Positions 15,130 to 24,777 of a stretch of DNA of 32,000 nt are shown piece after piece. The notes below the pieces were generated by a model. It was not told the origin of the DNA. It saw only the letters and a program-made list of their open reading frames with translations, and ran no database searches. The stretch is taken from NCBI RefSeq assembly GCF_000015145.1, contig NC_008818.1, positions 1,170,001 to 1,202,000 on the forward strand. The letters run 5' to 3'. The stretch's first letter is position 1. Each line of letters opens with the position of its first letter. The DNA is from Hyperthermus butylicus DSM 5456 (GTDB taxonomy: Archaea; Thermoproteota; Thermoprotei_A; Sulfolobales; Pyrodictiaceae). Made by a program: the position numbers and the translations under genes.

Positions 15130-15984
15130 CTACTACATCAACCTCCTATCTACATCATCTGCACACATTACCACAAGGAACCCAAACAACTCTCCATGAT
15201 AGAGCTTGGGGCCAACACCCATTACTTTTCAGTTACCACTAAAACCCCAGCACTACTACACCAAGCTTCTCAGCTACAACTACTTTAGACGCCAAAGGCT
15301 GAGTCATTAAGTTCTGAGGTATCCACAGAAGCCGCTGCCAGGAGAACCCGTACATTCTGGCGTGGACTGGAAGGATCAAGTTAGAGACGCTGGATCTTGG
15401 TGTTAGTGCGAGTTTGTAACTTAGGACTGTACAGTGTGGTCTACATGTGATTTATGGTACAGCTAAGTGCGTGGATCGTACGTATTGCTAGTTGTTACGC
15501 ATAGAAACATACATGTTCCTGCAAGCTGCTATGGCGCTGCCCGGAAATCGATTTGTATAACAGCGCTTTGGGATTACTATGTTGGACTTGTGGAAAAGTT
15601 ACGGTAGTTCTTGCAGTGTACATTATGAATTTGCCTCATTGTTTGTAACCGTAGGAATTTACTTGGGGCTTGCTACGGGTTTAGCAAGTCCTACGACACT
15701 TTCCATATATAGAAAAAGAGTTGCGTTGCAATGAAGGTAAGGGTATCCTACTGGCTTCATCGTAGAACTATACCTATTCATTGCAGTCGTATCGTTTCTC
15801 GTGCTATTACACTATGAAATTGGTTTAGAGTGCATATCTGGAATCTGCATAACACATGTAATCGAAGTCTCATCATGAGCCATGTTGATAGTTAGTATTG
15901 CCTTAGCAATGTATGTTGCCAAGAACATGAGTGGAAAGGGAAAAGTGTTAAGCGTATGATTCTGCCGACATTTATACAGCCCTC

Positions 15985-16366
15985 CTCTATGTTGGCTGTG
16001 TTGCCAGCCTTGCTGAGACTATAGTCAAAAGGCAGTGAGGGCTCTTGTTTGGCTAAATACAAGCTTCAAGTGGTGGCATAGAATGTGCATACAGCACGTT
16101 TGATAAGAATACCGGTGTTCCATTTCCATCTAAGGGTAGCTCTTCACCCTCAATTACTATCACATTGATTGTACTGCTAGACTACAACTTAGCCTTTAGA
16201 ATCCTCGTCATCCCTAGCTCAGCATCTACCGCATATATTATTAAATATCCAAATATCCTAGCAAGAGGTATGATGAAGTAGCCCGTGCCAGCCCGAAGTC
16301 TACTGCAACCCTACGCTTAGGGATTTCTCTTAACACGGTATCGATTACAAGATCTACAGGCTGCAT
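15985..16366 (-). pseudogene. heavily decayed class I SAM-dependent methyltransferase
   Basis: Minus-strand fragments occur in shifting frames: MQPVDLVIDTVLREIPKRRVAVDFGLARATSSYLLLGYLDI* (motif I region), IIYAVDAELGMTRILKAKL* (the v.gvD.s..ml..ak region) and INVIVIEGEELPLDGNGTPVFLSNVLYAHSMPPLEACI* (the ae.LP..d..fD.v.s..vl.h region). Confidence 0.55.
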
Positions 16367-16511
16367 GATTTTCCTTCAGCTAGACTCGAGAGCCCCGATT
16401 TTAGACGGTGATGCTGTTTACGGGTTCCTCCTGCACTATCATGCATTCAAACCAACCCATTATATTAAAATGGTGTGCTAGTAAAAAGTCTCGCCAGGAG
16501 GCGGTTAACCC

Positions 16512-17123
16512 TTGGCCGCCAACTGTGTATTCAGCCTTGCAAGGAGAAGGCGTAGTATTAGGCGTTACCGTAGGGACCCGGTTAATCTCGAGGATATCCT
16601 ATACGCTATCTCGGCGGCGCTGGAGGCTCCATCGGGCGCTAATCGGCAACCCTGGAGGTTCATAATAGTTGACGACGAGGAGGTAAAGAGGAGGCTTAGA
16701 GAGGAATGTGAGCGGTGGGAGAAGAAGTTCCATGGGAGCGAGTCTCTACCAGGGTGGTTCAAGGAATGGCTTAGAGATAGGGGTATCACTTGGGAGAAGC
16801 CCTTCCTTACCGATGCTCCATACCTCATAGCCGTTGCCGCCTATAAGAAGGCGCCCTACGCACGTGAAAGCACGTGGCTTGCTATAGGCTACCTGCTCCT
16901 TGCACTCGAGGAGAGGGGCTTGGCATCGCTCACTTACACACCCACGAACCCGAGGGCCGCGGCTAGGATCCTCGGGATACCCGAGGACTACACTCTAGAA
17001 GCATTAATCCCCGTGGGCAAGCTCGCGGAAGAGAAGCGCAAGGAACCCAGGATGAGCATTGAGGAAGCCGTACACTATAACGGCTGGGGCCGCAGGCTAC
17101 CAAAACCAGCATCCGAGAGCTAA
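16512..17123 (+). CDS. nitroreductase-family flavoprotein
   Basis: ARRRRSIRRYRRDPVNLEDILYAISAALEAPSGANRQPWRFIIV is the canonical nitroreductase N-terminal signature. 203 aa with a TTG start. Confidence 0.8.
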   Translation: MAANCVFSLARRRRSIRRYRRDPVNLEDILYAISAALEAPSGANRQPWRFIIVDDEEVKRRLREECERWEKKFHGSESLPGWFKEWLRDRGITWEKPFLTDAPYLIAVAAYKKAPYARESTWLAIGYLLLALEERGLASLTYTPTNPRAAARILGIPEDYTLEALIPVGKLAEEKRKEPRMSIEEAVHYNGWGRRLPKPASES

Positions 17124-17196
17124 ACTAGTATGAGATCTAGTACTTCCTTATAGCACCTCATTGATGCCAGAAAACGCAGCACGAGGATGTCTCGAA

Positions 17197-17274
17197 TGGC
17201 GGGCCCGCGGGGATTTGAACCCCGGACCTCCGGCTCCGAAGGCCGGCGCCCTATCCTGGCTAGGCTACGGGCCC
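17197..17274 (-). tRNA. tRNA-Arg (anticodon TCG), CCA encoded
   Basis: The reverse complement folds as GGGCCCG TA GCCT AGCCAGGAT AGGGC G CCGGC CT-TCG-GA GCCGG AGGTC CGGGG TTCAAAT CCCCG CGGGCCC G CCA. Confidence 0.9.
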
Positions 17275-17380
17275 ACAAATCCTGCGCGCTACCGTGTTTG
17301 TTATTTCTCCCGGGGTGGGGTTAGTGTTTATGTTTTTGTCTTGCCGGCTTGCACTATGTTTTCATTTGGGGTAGTGTGTT

Positions 17381-19081
17381 ATGGCTGTAGACTTGTTTTC
17401 TGATGTCCTAAAACTGGTTGATGGTCTTCGTGGGTTTGAGCTTGTTGCTAGTCTTGCCAGGTTTCACCGTGTACAAGGTGGCGACGATATAGTCGTGGCT
17501 GTTGAACATGTTGGCCAGGTGCTTGAGGAGCTTGGCGTCGAGGTTCGGTTGGAGGTGTTTCGTGGGCCTCTGGGGCTTGGGGAGTTTTGGGGTTTTGGTG
17601 AGCCGCGTGGCTGGCGTCTAGGCGGTGGACGTGTTGAGGTTTGGGAGGATGTTGGTGGCTGGAAGACTGTTGCCTCTGTGGAGGATACACCGCTTACGGT
17701 TGTTGTTCATTCTCCTCCGGGTAGTGTTGAGGAGAGGGTCCGCCTGGCTGCTGAGCCTGCTGATGCCGGTGAGGATGATATCGTTGTCTCTCCAGAGTTT
17801 GACGCGTACAAATATTATCGCTTTGCTGAGCGCGGTGTTACCGGCATAATTGGTACACATAGGGGGCCTGGTGTAAGGTATTGGGGGCTCTTCCCAGCAT
17901 TCTTTATTGAAGAGCCTAGGGTGCCTGCAGTCAGCCTGGAGTACAACACTGCCATGAATCTTGTTGGTAAACGTGTCCGCATTACCGTCGAGTCTGAGTA
18001 TCATGGATTCCCCTCTACCCCCATACTTGTTGCGCGTGTTGGGCCTGAGGGTGCTCCCTGCATAGCACTATACGCGCATGCTTGTCATCCACGACCCGGC
18101 GCTCACGATAATGCTAGTGGTGTGGCTGTACTTGTTGAAGCTCTCTATGCGCTGAAGGAGCTTCTTGGCAGAGATAGCTGGTTCTCCGTATGCGGCATTG
18201 TGGTGCCAGAATATACTGGCAGTATGGCTGTCTTTGCGCAGCACATCGTAGACCCGCAAGAGGTTGTTGCAGCTGTTAGCGTGGACATGGTTGCTGCAGA
18301 TCTCGCTGCTACTGGCGGCTCTCTACACCTTGTTGCTTCGCCTCTACCGCTAGCGTCTCCACTCGACCCGCTACTTGACGTGTTCCTAGGCCATGTTGAG
18401 GGCTATGCTGGCTTCGAGTTCTACAGTGTTGGCAGCGACCACGATGTGACCATCTCGCTCGGCATACCAGGCAGCATGGTTAACGAGTGGCCGGACCGCT
18501 ACTACCATACAAGCCTCGATGAGCCCGGCAACCTCTCTGCTGAGAGGCTACGCGCTACTGCCGCCGCAATAGCTGCTGCCGTAGCCGCACTAGCACGGCT
18601 AGGCCCCGAGAAGGCAGCTAAGCTTGCTGGGCTCTGGGCAAGGCACCAAGCTTCAAAACTCTCCGCAAGAGCTTATGCAGGCGAGCCTCTGGACATGACT
18701 GCCGCGGCTGAGCTTGAAAAGCTAGCGGTAGAGCACGCTTCTACACGCATTAAAGCACTGGCTTCTGGCGGACAACCAGAACCGCCTTGGCCATTTGAGT
18801 TTGAACTCTCTCTAAGGGCTCCCATGAGCAAGCTCTACCTCTACGCTCACCGCCACGTAGAAGCCTATAGAGAGCTACTCAAAGCACTCGAGGATGATCG
18901 TGAGAAGGTGCTTCAGCGCTTACTAGTCCTAGGCTCCGGTACTGCATCGCGTAGGGTAGTAGAGCTCTACGCGAGGGGAGTACTAGGGCTCAAGCATGCC
19001 GAGAAAAAGGCCGATCTAGTCGTCAAGGCTCTGACTGCTAAGCCCCAGCAGCGGGCTGCAAGCGGAAAGCATGAGGGCTAG
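17381..19081 (+). CDS. aminopeptidase-like protein (M28-related, COG4310/DUF4910-like)
   Basis: 566 aa. YAHACHPRPGAHDNASGVAVLVEA resembles the CHP..aNDNaSG metal-site motif of this family, and HTSLDEP occurs later. Family assignment is from memory. Confidence 0.6.
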   Translation: MAVDLFSDVLKLVDGLRGFELVASLARFHRVQGGDDIVVAVEHVGQVLEELGVEVRLEVFRGPLGLGEFWGFGEPRGWRLGGGRVEVWEDVGGWKTVASVEDTPLTVVVHSPPGSVEERVRLAAEPADAGEDDIVVSPEFDAYKYYRFAERGVTGIIGTHRGPGVRYWGLFPAFFIEEPRVPAVSLEYNTAMNLVGKRVRITVESEYHGFPSTPILVARVGPEGAPCIALYAHACHPRPGAHDNASGVAVLVEALYALKELLGRDSWFSVCGIVVPEYTGSMAVFAQHIVDPQEVVAAVSVDMVAADLAATGGSLHLVASPLPLASPLDPLLDVFLGHVEGYAGFEFYSVGSDHDVTISLGIPGSMVNEWPDRYYHTSLDEPGNLSAERLRATAAAIAAAVAALARLGPEKAAKLAGLWARHQASKLSARAYAGEPLDMTAAAELEKLAVEHASTRIKALASGGQPEPPWPFEFELSLRAPMSKLYLYAHRHVEAYRELLKALEDDREKVLQRLLVLGSGTASRRVVELYARGVLGLKHAEKKADLVVKALTAKPQQRAASGKHEG

Positions 19082-19084
19082 GCC

Positions 19085-21070
19085 CTACATTCTCTCTATG
19101 GGCTCTATGCCTAGCAGCCGGAGGCCGCTCGCCACTATGTTCTTTACAGTGTATACCATTGCTAGCTTGAACATCTGCTTGCCTTTATCGGGCTCGTTGA
19201 CCACACTATCGCCACTGGCATACCACTTGTTGAACAAATCTGCTAGCTTGTTAAGGAAGGCTACTATTAACTCCGGCTTCAGCTCGTCCGCTGCCTTGGC
19301 GAATATGTAGGGGTAGCTGAGCGCTAGTAGGATGAGACTGCGCCTTAGCTGGTTTTCCTCTGCCGCAGCATATTCTATGGATTCCCAGTCCAGACTGATA
19401 CCGCGCTCCGCCGCCTTGGATAGTATACTCGAGGCGCGCGCATGAGCATACATGATGTATGGTGCGCTGTTGCGCTCAAAGTTTAGCGCCTCCCTCAGAT
19501 CGAACGTCATGGGCTTCAGTGCTGATACCGAGACTAGTGCATACCTCATAGCTGCAACACCGACAGCGCGCGCTATCCGCTCCTTCTCCTCTGCTGACAG
19601 GTGAGGGCTCCTCTTCTCCACCTCCTCCCGCGCCACCCGTATCGCTTGCTCAACAAGCTCGTCGAGGGTTACATAGCGGCCACGCCTACCACTCATCTTC
19701 TGGCCTGGAAGGTTTACCATCTCGTAGGCATAGTGGATCGTGTTTAGACCCTCGCGACGATACCCTAATGCTATGAGTGCAAGTCTTACTTGTAGCTGTT
19801 CCAGCCTCTGTTCGGCTGCTATCACATTGTACACTTTGTCTGCATTAAATTCGCGGAACTTCTTTATGCTGTATGCTATGTCGCGTGTCGTGTATAGTGT
19901 TGTGCCATCGCTGCGCTGCAGTATAAGCGGAGGCACATCATAGTCCTCGGGGAGGCCCAATACACTACGCACTATCGGGTCGCGAAGCACTGGTTTTAAG
20001 TTTAGGGCGAAGGCTCCCTTGTAGGTTGTTGCATAGGGGCTCTTACGCGCCTCTTCGAGTATCTTTGAGACCATGCCGCTCCAGGCTAGGTCGCTCTCCC
20101 AGTCCCACACATCAAACTCTATGCCGAGTTTACTTAGGGTTTCACGGAACCCCTCAAGGCAGAGTTCGACGACTCTCCTAACCTTACGGACTATCTCCTC
20201 GTTCTCGCGGTACTCGTAGACCCTCATTAGCCTTGATATCTCTGCTCCAACATCCCTCCCCCTAACAGCCTCCGAGATCTTGTCGAAGATATCGGGGTAC
20301 TGTTCGCGGAGCCGTGCAGCATCTGCTACAAGACTGTCTAGCTTCCGTAGAAGCTCCCGGTACCGTTCATCATCACCACTAGCCTTGGCCTCCTCTACCT
20401 GCCTCTTAACCTCCTCTATATCGGCCAACGTATGCGTTATAGCGTATATCGCGCCTATCCAATGGTCAGGCTTAATACCGGGCGGGGGCTCCTCGAAGCC
20501 ACCAGCAATGTAGCCATAGGCCATTACTGCTACCTGGCGACCGAGATCGTTTATGTAGAACCTTGTTTGCACCACGTGGCCTCTTGCACGCAACATTCTC
20601 GCAAGAGTATCTCCGAGGCTTGCATTTCTTGCATGCCCTATGTGTAGTGGATGTACAGGATTAGCACTCGTGTGCTCTATGACTATGCGCATAGGCTTAT
20701 CGGTCTTGATAATACCGTAGCTCTCCCCGTCAAGCCTAGCAGCGTTGAAGATAAGCTTTGCAGCCTCCGCTGCATTCAGTTTGATGTTGAGGTATCCACG
20801 CACAAATAATACATCCTTTACGATGGTGCTTCCTGCGAGTACCTGCTTAACTTTCTCTACAAGCTCCCCGATACCCACACGGTATTTCTTCGCGAACCTC
20901 GCCAGTGGTACACCATAGTCTCCAAGCTCCGGGTTGGGAGACTCATATACTATGTACTCTACCTCCCTACCATCAATCTCTACGTCGAATGATGAGAGTG
21001 CTTCTCTAATAGCTCTAGCAAGCAGCTTGTGCGGAGTATTAGCGTAAACCTCCAGCGACGCCTTTGTCAA
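19085..21070 (-). CDS. argS: arginyl-tRNA synthetase
   Basis: 661 aa. Contains the class I HIGH motif (SANPVHPLHIGHARN), typical ArgRS regions (DLGRQV, ILQRSDGTTLYTTRDIAY) and a C-terminal anticodon-binding domain. Confidence 0.95.
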   Translation of the reverse strand: MTKASLEVYANTPHKLLARAIREALSSFDVEIDGREVEYIVYESPNPELGDYGVPLARFAKKYRVGIGELVEKVKQVLAGSTIVKDVLFVRGYLNIKLNAAEAAKLIFNAARLDGESYGIIKTDKPMRIVIEHTSANPVHPLHIGHARNASLGDTLARMLRARGHVVQTRFYINDLGRQVAVMAYGYIAGGFEEPPPGIKPDHWIGAIYAITHTLADIEEVKRQVEEAKASGDDERYRELLRKLDSLVADAARLREQYPDIFDKISEAVRGRDVGAEISRLMRVYEYRENEEIVRKVRRVVELCLEGFRETLSKLGIEFDVWDWESDLAWSGMVSKILEEARKSPYATTYKGAFALNLKPVLRDPIVRSVLGLPEDYDVPPLILQRSDGTTLYTTRDIAYSIKKFREFNADKVYNVIAAEQRLEQLQVRLALIALGYRREGLNTIHYAYEMVNLPGQKMSGRRGRYVTLDELVEQAIRVAREEVEKRSPHLSAEEKERIARAVGVAAMRYALVSVSALKPMTFDLREALNFERNSAPYIMYAHARASSILSKAAERGISLDWESIEYAAAEENQLRRSLILLALSYPYIFAKAADELKPELIVAFLNKLADLFNKWYASGDSVVNEPDKGKQMFKLAMVYTVKNIVASGLRLLGIEPIERM

Positions 21071-21128
21071 GGGAACCGCCTACCCCGCAACACGTGGTAA
21101 AGGTACAAGGCTAGGGGGATCTCATGGT

Positions 21129-21455
21129 CTAGCTCCTAGCCTCGGACTCTCTTAGGGCTTCAACTATCTTCTCGAAGACTTGATTCCAGGTAACGTTCTT
21201 TATCCTAACCCTCTTAGTTTTCTCTCGCGTACCGTATACTATGTCTATCATTGAGGGCGAAACCCCTAGGAGCCTCGAGAAGAACATTACTATGCTTGCA
21301 TTAACCCTTCCCTCTACGTCTAACTCCTCAGTGTAGAATACCAGCTCGCCAAGCTCCATGCGCAGCCCGGTAAATGATGCCTCGGGCTTAACATAGAGGG
21401 TTACGTCTACGTAACCGTCTCCCTCCGTAATGTGTTTCCTGAGTGCCTCCTCCAC
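21129..21455 (-). CDS. DUF167 / YggU-family protein
   Basis: 108 aa. The pattern V.V.PEAS...EGRVNASIVMFFSRLLGVSPSMIDIVYGTREKTKRVRI matches the YggU signature (dGkAN..l..fla..l.v....v.i..G..s..K.v.i). Confidence 0.6.
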   Translation of the reverse strand: MEEALRKHITEGDGYVDVTLYVKPEASFTGLRMELGELVFYTEELDVEGRVNASIVMFFSRLLGVSPSMIDIVYGTREKTKRVRIKNVTWNQVFEKIVEALRESEARS

Positions 21456-21536
21456 CGCTACTACACCCCAAACCCGGAAGACGACGTAGGCTTCTCATAA
21501 AAGCATACTAGTGGCTAACTGTATACAGCCTAACGG

Positions 21537-22322
21537 GTGTTGTTGCTGCAGGGACCCCGTTTCTACGAGATTGTTGAGCCTCATATGCCTATTACGAAGC
21601 TGGTTAAGCTCCTAGCCGTAAAGTCCATAGAGCACGCTATCGTCATTGATGACGGCATAATTATTGGCGTCGTCTCTGTAAAGGATGTTGCAAGACACAT
21701 TGTCAGAGCTTTTGAAGCTGCAGGCTCTGTCGAAGCACTCAACCTGAATGCCATACTTGGGGATGTTGTAGCCAGTATTATGAGCAGGCCCCCCTACGTG
21801 GTATCCGGCCCGCTTGACTACTGCAGAGCTGCTAGCATAATGCTGAGCAAGGGAATAGGCATCTTACCAATTGTAGATTCTTCAGGCTCTTTCCTGGGAG
21901 CCATAACCGAGCTGGACTACGCATTGCAGAGCCTCAAGCTTGACGCGCAAGCTAGCCGTTATGCTACCGGTAAGGTGATTCTCGGTGACCCCGACGAACC
22001 CATTATAGAGGCACTGGGTAGGATGTACGAGCATGGTTTTAGGAGGCTACCCCTACGCGTAGGTGAGGACTACTACATGGCTACAATGCAGTCCCTACTC
22101 CTTGCTATAGCCAGGAGACCTCACATGGAAACACTCTTAGAGAAGGCATATAGGTACTCGACACCAGCAACAATACTTGATGCCGACACGGCTAGTATAG
22201 CCAATGCTGCAGAAACAATACTCTCCATACCCGAGCGCGCCATATTGCTTAGAAGCGCTGACAAGATTAGCATACTAACCGAGCGCGACCTAGTGAGAGC
22301 CTACAGGGATGAACACTGCTAG
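21537..22322 (+). CDS. CBS-domain protein (about four CBS repeats)
   Basis: Repeated (h)xV(V/I)D..G.hhGhhT..Dh elements are present: AIVIDDGIIIGVVSVKDVARHI, LPIVDSSGSFLGAITELDY and AILLRSADKISILTERDLVRA. Confidence 0.7.
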   Translation: MLLLQGPRFYEIVEPHMPITKLVKLLAVKSIEHAIVIDDGIIIGVVSVKDVARHIVRAFEAAGSVEALNLNAILGDVVASIMSRPPYVVSGPLDYCRAASIMLSKGIGILPIVDSSGSFLGAITELDYALQSLKLDAQASRYATGKVILGDPDEPIIEALGRMYEHGFRRLPLRVGEDYYMATMQSLLLAIARRPHMETLLEKAYRYSTPATILDADTASIANAAETILSIPERAILLRSADKISILTERDLVRAYRDEHC

Positions 22323-22418
22323 AAGGAGAAGGGCGTCACATTATGCCGGTCTACCCTCTAGCTCCGATCGTGGTCTTAGCCACCGCGTTAATATACTTCC
22401 TAACTGCGAGGCTCTTGT

Positions 22419-22670
22419 GTGGTGCAAAGCATGGAGAAAGGCCTAGCAGAGAGAAGACCTAAGCAATACTATGTGGAGGACATTGAAAGACTCTGGATAG
22501 AGTATGATAGGCAAACCGATACTCTCTACATATACTTCGCCGATAAGAACGAGGAGCCCGAGGAGGCTCTACTAGTAGGGGAAGACATCATCGTAGGAGT
22601 TAAGGGGGATAAACTGCTAAGCATAACGGTTAACGAGTTTTCGAGGAGAATAGGGCTGGAGAAATACTAG
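22419..22670 (+). CDS. DUF2283-family small protein
   Basis: IEYDRQTDTLYIYFADKNE...GEDIIVGVKGDKLLSITV matches the YD...D.LYI... pattern of DUF2283. The likely start is ATG 22431. Confidence 0.5.
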   Translation: MVQSMEKGLAERRPKQYYVEDIERLWIEYDRQTDTLYIYFADKNEEPEEALLVGEDIIVGVKGDKLLSITVNEFSRRIGLEKY

Positions 22671-22804
22671 TTGTCAGCTAAGGACGCTATCCTCCGTGCC
22701 CAGCTACCTACCATGGTTCCAAGATGCTAGCCGATGAAGAGCCGTGTTTCAACGAGCCTTAGCGCGATGAAGAAGCCGCGGCCGTCTCTGAGGCTTAGGG
22801 TTCT

Positions 22805-23233
22805 TTAACGTTTTTCGCTCTCCGTGTAGCCTGGTATGCTGCTCCTATCTGCGTAGTGTACTATGTAGTAGCGCGGCTTTAGCTTCAATACTATGTAGTT
22901 GAACGCTTTCCAGGGATCACTGTTTGCACCACAAGTGTACACGTCCACAGTAGCATAGCCATAGTCGGGCCATGTGTGAATTGATATGTGGCTCTCAAGC
23001 ACCAGGGCGATGACAGAGACACCGCCATGGAACCCAGTAAACTTCCACGTCTTAATGTCCACTAGGTTCATGTTTGCAACTCTAGCAGCTTCTACTACGA
23101 TGTCCTTTAACAACTCCTCATCCCAGAGCTTCTCCTCGTCAACACCATAGAGGTTCCCATAGACATGCTTACCGACGATAAGGTCTCCGCCCGCCTCCCT
23201 ACCACCCTTCTTTACGTTTTGTTGCACAGCCAT
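22805..23233 (-). CDS. speH: pyruvoyl-dependent decarboxylase of the SpeH family (AdoMet decarboxylase or the crenarchaeal arginine decarboxylase paralogue)
   Basis: 142 aa. [25 protein letters not shown] contains the E-S self-cleavage site and the conserved HTWPE/D...D.F/YTCG core. Confidence 0.85.
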   Translation of the reverse strand: MAVQQNVKKGGREAGGDLIVGKHVYGNLYGVDEEKLWDEELLKDIVVEAARVANMNLVDIKTWKFTGFHGGVSVIALVLESHISIHTWPDYGYATVDVYTCGANSDPWKAFNYIVLKLKPRYYIVHYADRSSIPGYTESEKR

Positions 23234-23347
23234 TGCTCATCACTACCTTTTCGCTTGTTAAATTTGTGCCGCCGAGTGTAGGAAACCCCGCCATAAGAGA
23301 GTTTTTCACCTTTACGCAGCCAGCATATAAACCCCAGCTCGCAACAA

Positions 23348-23557
23348 CTAGCACTTAAACCCCTCAACAATGAGGTTTAGACGCTCAGCGAGCCGACAAA
23401 CTTCGTCCACAGGTACCACCGCAACAGCACCATCTTCGCCATAGAGTATTGCTATGCCGCTTACAACCTTTGCCTTAAACCTCACAGGCTTCGATGGCCT
23501 TGCTAGTTCCAGTATTTCTGGCAGCCGTACAGTCTTCTTCTGCTTCCGAGCAGGCAT
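23348..23557 (-). CDS. hypothetical 69-aa protein
   Basis: ATG start with GGTGA 5 nt upstream and a TTATAT box further upstream. No recognised domain. Confidence 0.45.
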   Translation of the reverse strand: MPARKQKKTVRLPEILELARPSKPVRFKAKVVSGIAILYGEDGAVAVVPVDEVCRLAERLNLIVEGFKC

Positions 23558-23614
23558 AGCTTCACCATGTAGAGGATTATAACATGCTTAACCGCGCGAT
23601 ATAAGCTGCTGGCC

Positions 23615-23659
23615 AAAAGATAAGATGTGCAGTCTAGGAAAGTAAAAAATTAAGATGTG
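23615..23659. repeat. direct repeat AAAA(GA/AT)TAAGATGTG x2, spaced 30 nt
   Basis: TAAGATGTG occurs at 23621-23629 and 23651-23659, each preceded by an A-run. The repeats lie upstream of the TATA box of the 69-aa gene. Confidence 0.8.
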
Positions 23660-23695
23660 GGAGGCTCTAACGCTTTCTCCAGTCTTCTACTATCT

Positions 23696-24124
23696 TTAGA
23701 CAGTCGTTGTATATGCTAGCCTCCTCCTTGACGAGCCATACATGCTCCACTCTAGGCTTAGCGCTTCTCTCAGCATGCGCTTTCTCCTACGCTCCTCTAG
23801 CTCCTCCATGACGCCCGGCATGTCTGGCGTTGCGTAGCGGCCTCCACGTAGCTCTACGATATCGCCACGCTGCCTCAGTTTTGACAGCGCCTTCCTCAGC
23901 CTATCCTCGCCAGCTATCCCGCTGAATGCTTCCCTTAGCTCCTTCCACGTTACAGGCCGACCCTTGTTTCGTATGAACTTGTATACTAGCTCTATCAACT
24001 CCTCGTCGGTTGGAGCCTTCATTACGACTAGTTCTTCGTCCTCGTATAGGACGTTTAGCTCTATGCTCATACGTTTCCACCCATTAACTAGAGTTGACGA
24101 AGCGTTTCTGATAAATATTACCAT
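23696..24124 (-). CDS. hypothetical winged-helix protein
   Basis: ELIELVYKFIRNKGRPVTWKELREAFSGIAGEDRLRKALSKLRQRGDIVELRGGRYATP looks like a wHTH, followed by a basic tail. An alternative start is ATG 24070. Confidence 0.5.
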   Translation of the reverse strand: MVIFIRNASSTLVNGWKRMSIELNVLYEDEELVVMKAPTDEELIELVYKFIRNKGRPVTWKELREAFSGIAGEDRLRKALSKLRQRGDIVELRGGRYATPDMPGVMEELEERRRKRMLREALSLEWSMYGSSRRRLAYTTTV

Positions 24125-24197
24125 TCACCGTGTTAACTTTAATTAGCAACATTTCTAGGGAGAAACAAGACTAAAGAATAAGCTTGTGGGACTACTG

Positions 24198-24758
24198 TTA
24201 CCCCACCGGCTCTTCGAGAAACCTCTTTACAACATCGTATACCTGCACACTCACCCTTGCAAGCTGTGCCAGAACCACAGTAGAGAGACCACTTACGTAG
24301 AGGTGTATGGGTATATAGATTGGCGCTAGAGATGGCTCTTCAACATAGACGTCTATGAAGCCTAGCGTACTAGCAAAAACCGTTACGAGACTTGCAACTA
24401 CATCGTTCTCCGACGCCACGCCCTCAACAACATTGTAGGCTAGCGAGCGTAGGCTCTCCAGAAACTCTTGTAGCGCAGCTGCCAAATCCTCACCTACATC
24501 GGTGAGTTTACAGTACTCATTACACTCAACAACACCATAAAATGAGAGCATATCTACTATCTCGTCTAGCCTACCGCATCTGAAACCATAGGACTCGATA
24601 TATGCTCGCAGATCCTCTCTTGCCGCTTTACCGGTCGTCTGTAGTATTCGTAGTATGAGTATCATACATCGTGCACGCTGTGATAGGCTACGGAGGACAC
24701 GCCTATCCGCCCGTAGGAGTATCTCTTCTACACTAGCATCTATACCAGCTTCCCTCAA
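24198..24758 (-). CDS. hypothetical protein (N-terminal wHTH-like region)
   Basis: 186-aa ORF with coding-like composition. RILQTTGKAAREDLRAYIESYGF resembles an HTH. No family recognised. Confidence 0.5.
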   Translation of the reverse strand: MREAGIDASVEEILLRADRRVLRSLSQRARCMILILRILQTTGKAAREDLRAYIESYGFRCGRLDEIVDMLSFYGVVECNEYCKLTDVGEDLAAALQEFLESLRSLAYNVVEGVASENDVVASLVTVFASTLGFIDVYVEEPSLAPIYIPIHLYVSGLSTVVLAQLARVSVQVYDVVKRFLEEPVG

Positions 24759-24777
24759 CTTCCTACACTCCCCAAGC

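Noticed and set aside
15130-16511. CRISPR array or leader, or a large structured ncRNA, in the ORF-free stretch
   Set aside because: No regularly spaced direct repeats of 20 nt or more were seen on reading the region. The recognisable methyltransferase fragments point to decayed coding sequence instead. An ncRNA cannot be excluded without expression data.
17448-18259. ORFs 17448..17690 (-), 17618..18004 (-), 17625..17849 (+) and 18068..18259 (-) within the peptidase-like gene
   Set aside because: They are off-frame or antisense artefacts with basic, low-complexity translations. The 566-aa plus-strand frame carries the DNASG motif.
19071-20647. Plus-strand ORFs 19071..19310, 19740..19943, 20280..20513 and 20432..20647
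   Set aside because: They are antisense to argS, which is unambiguous.
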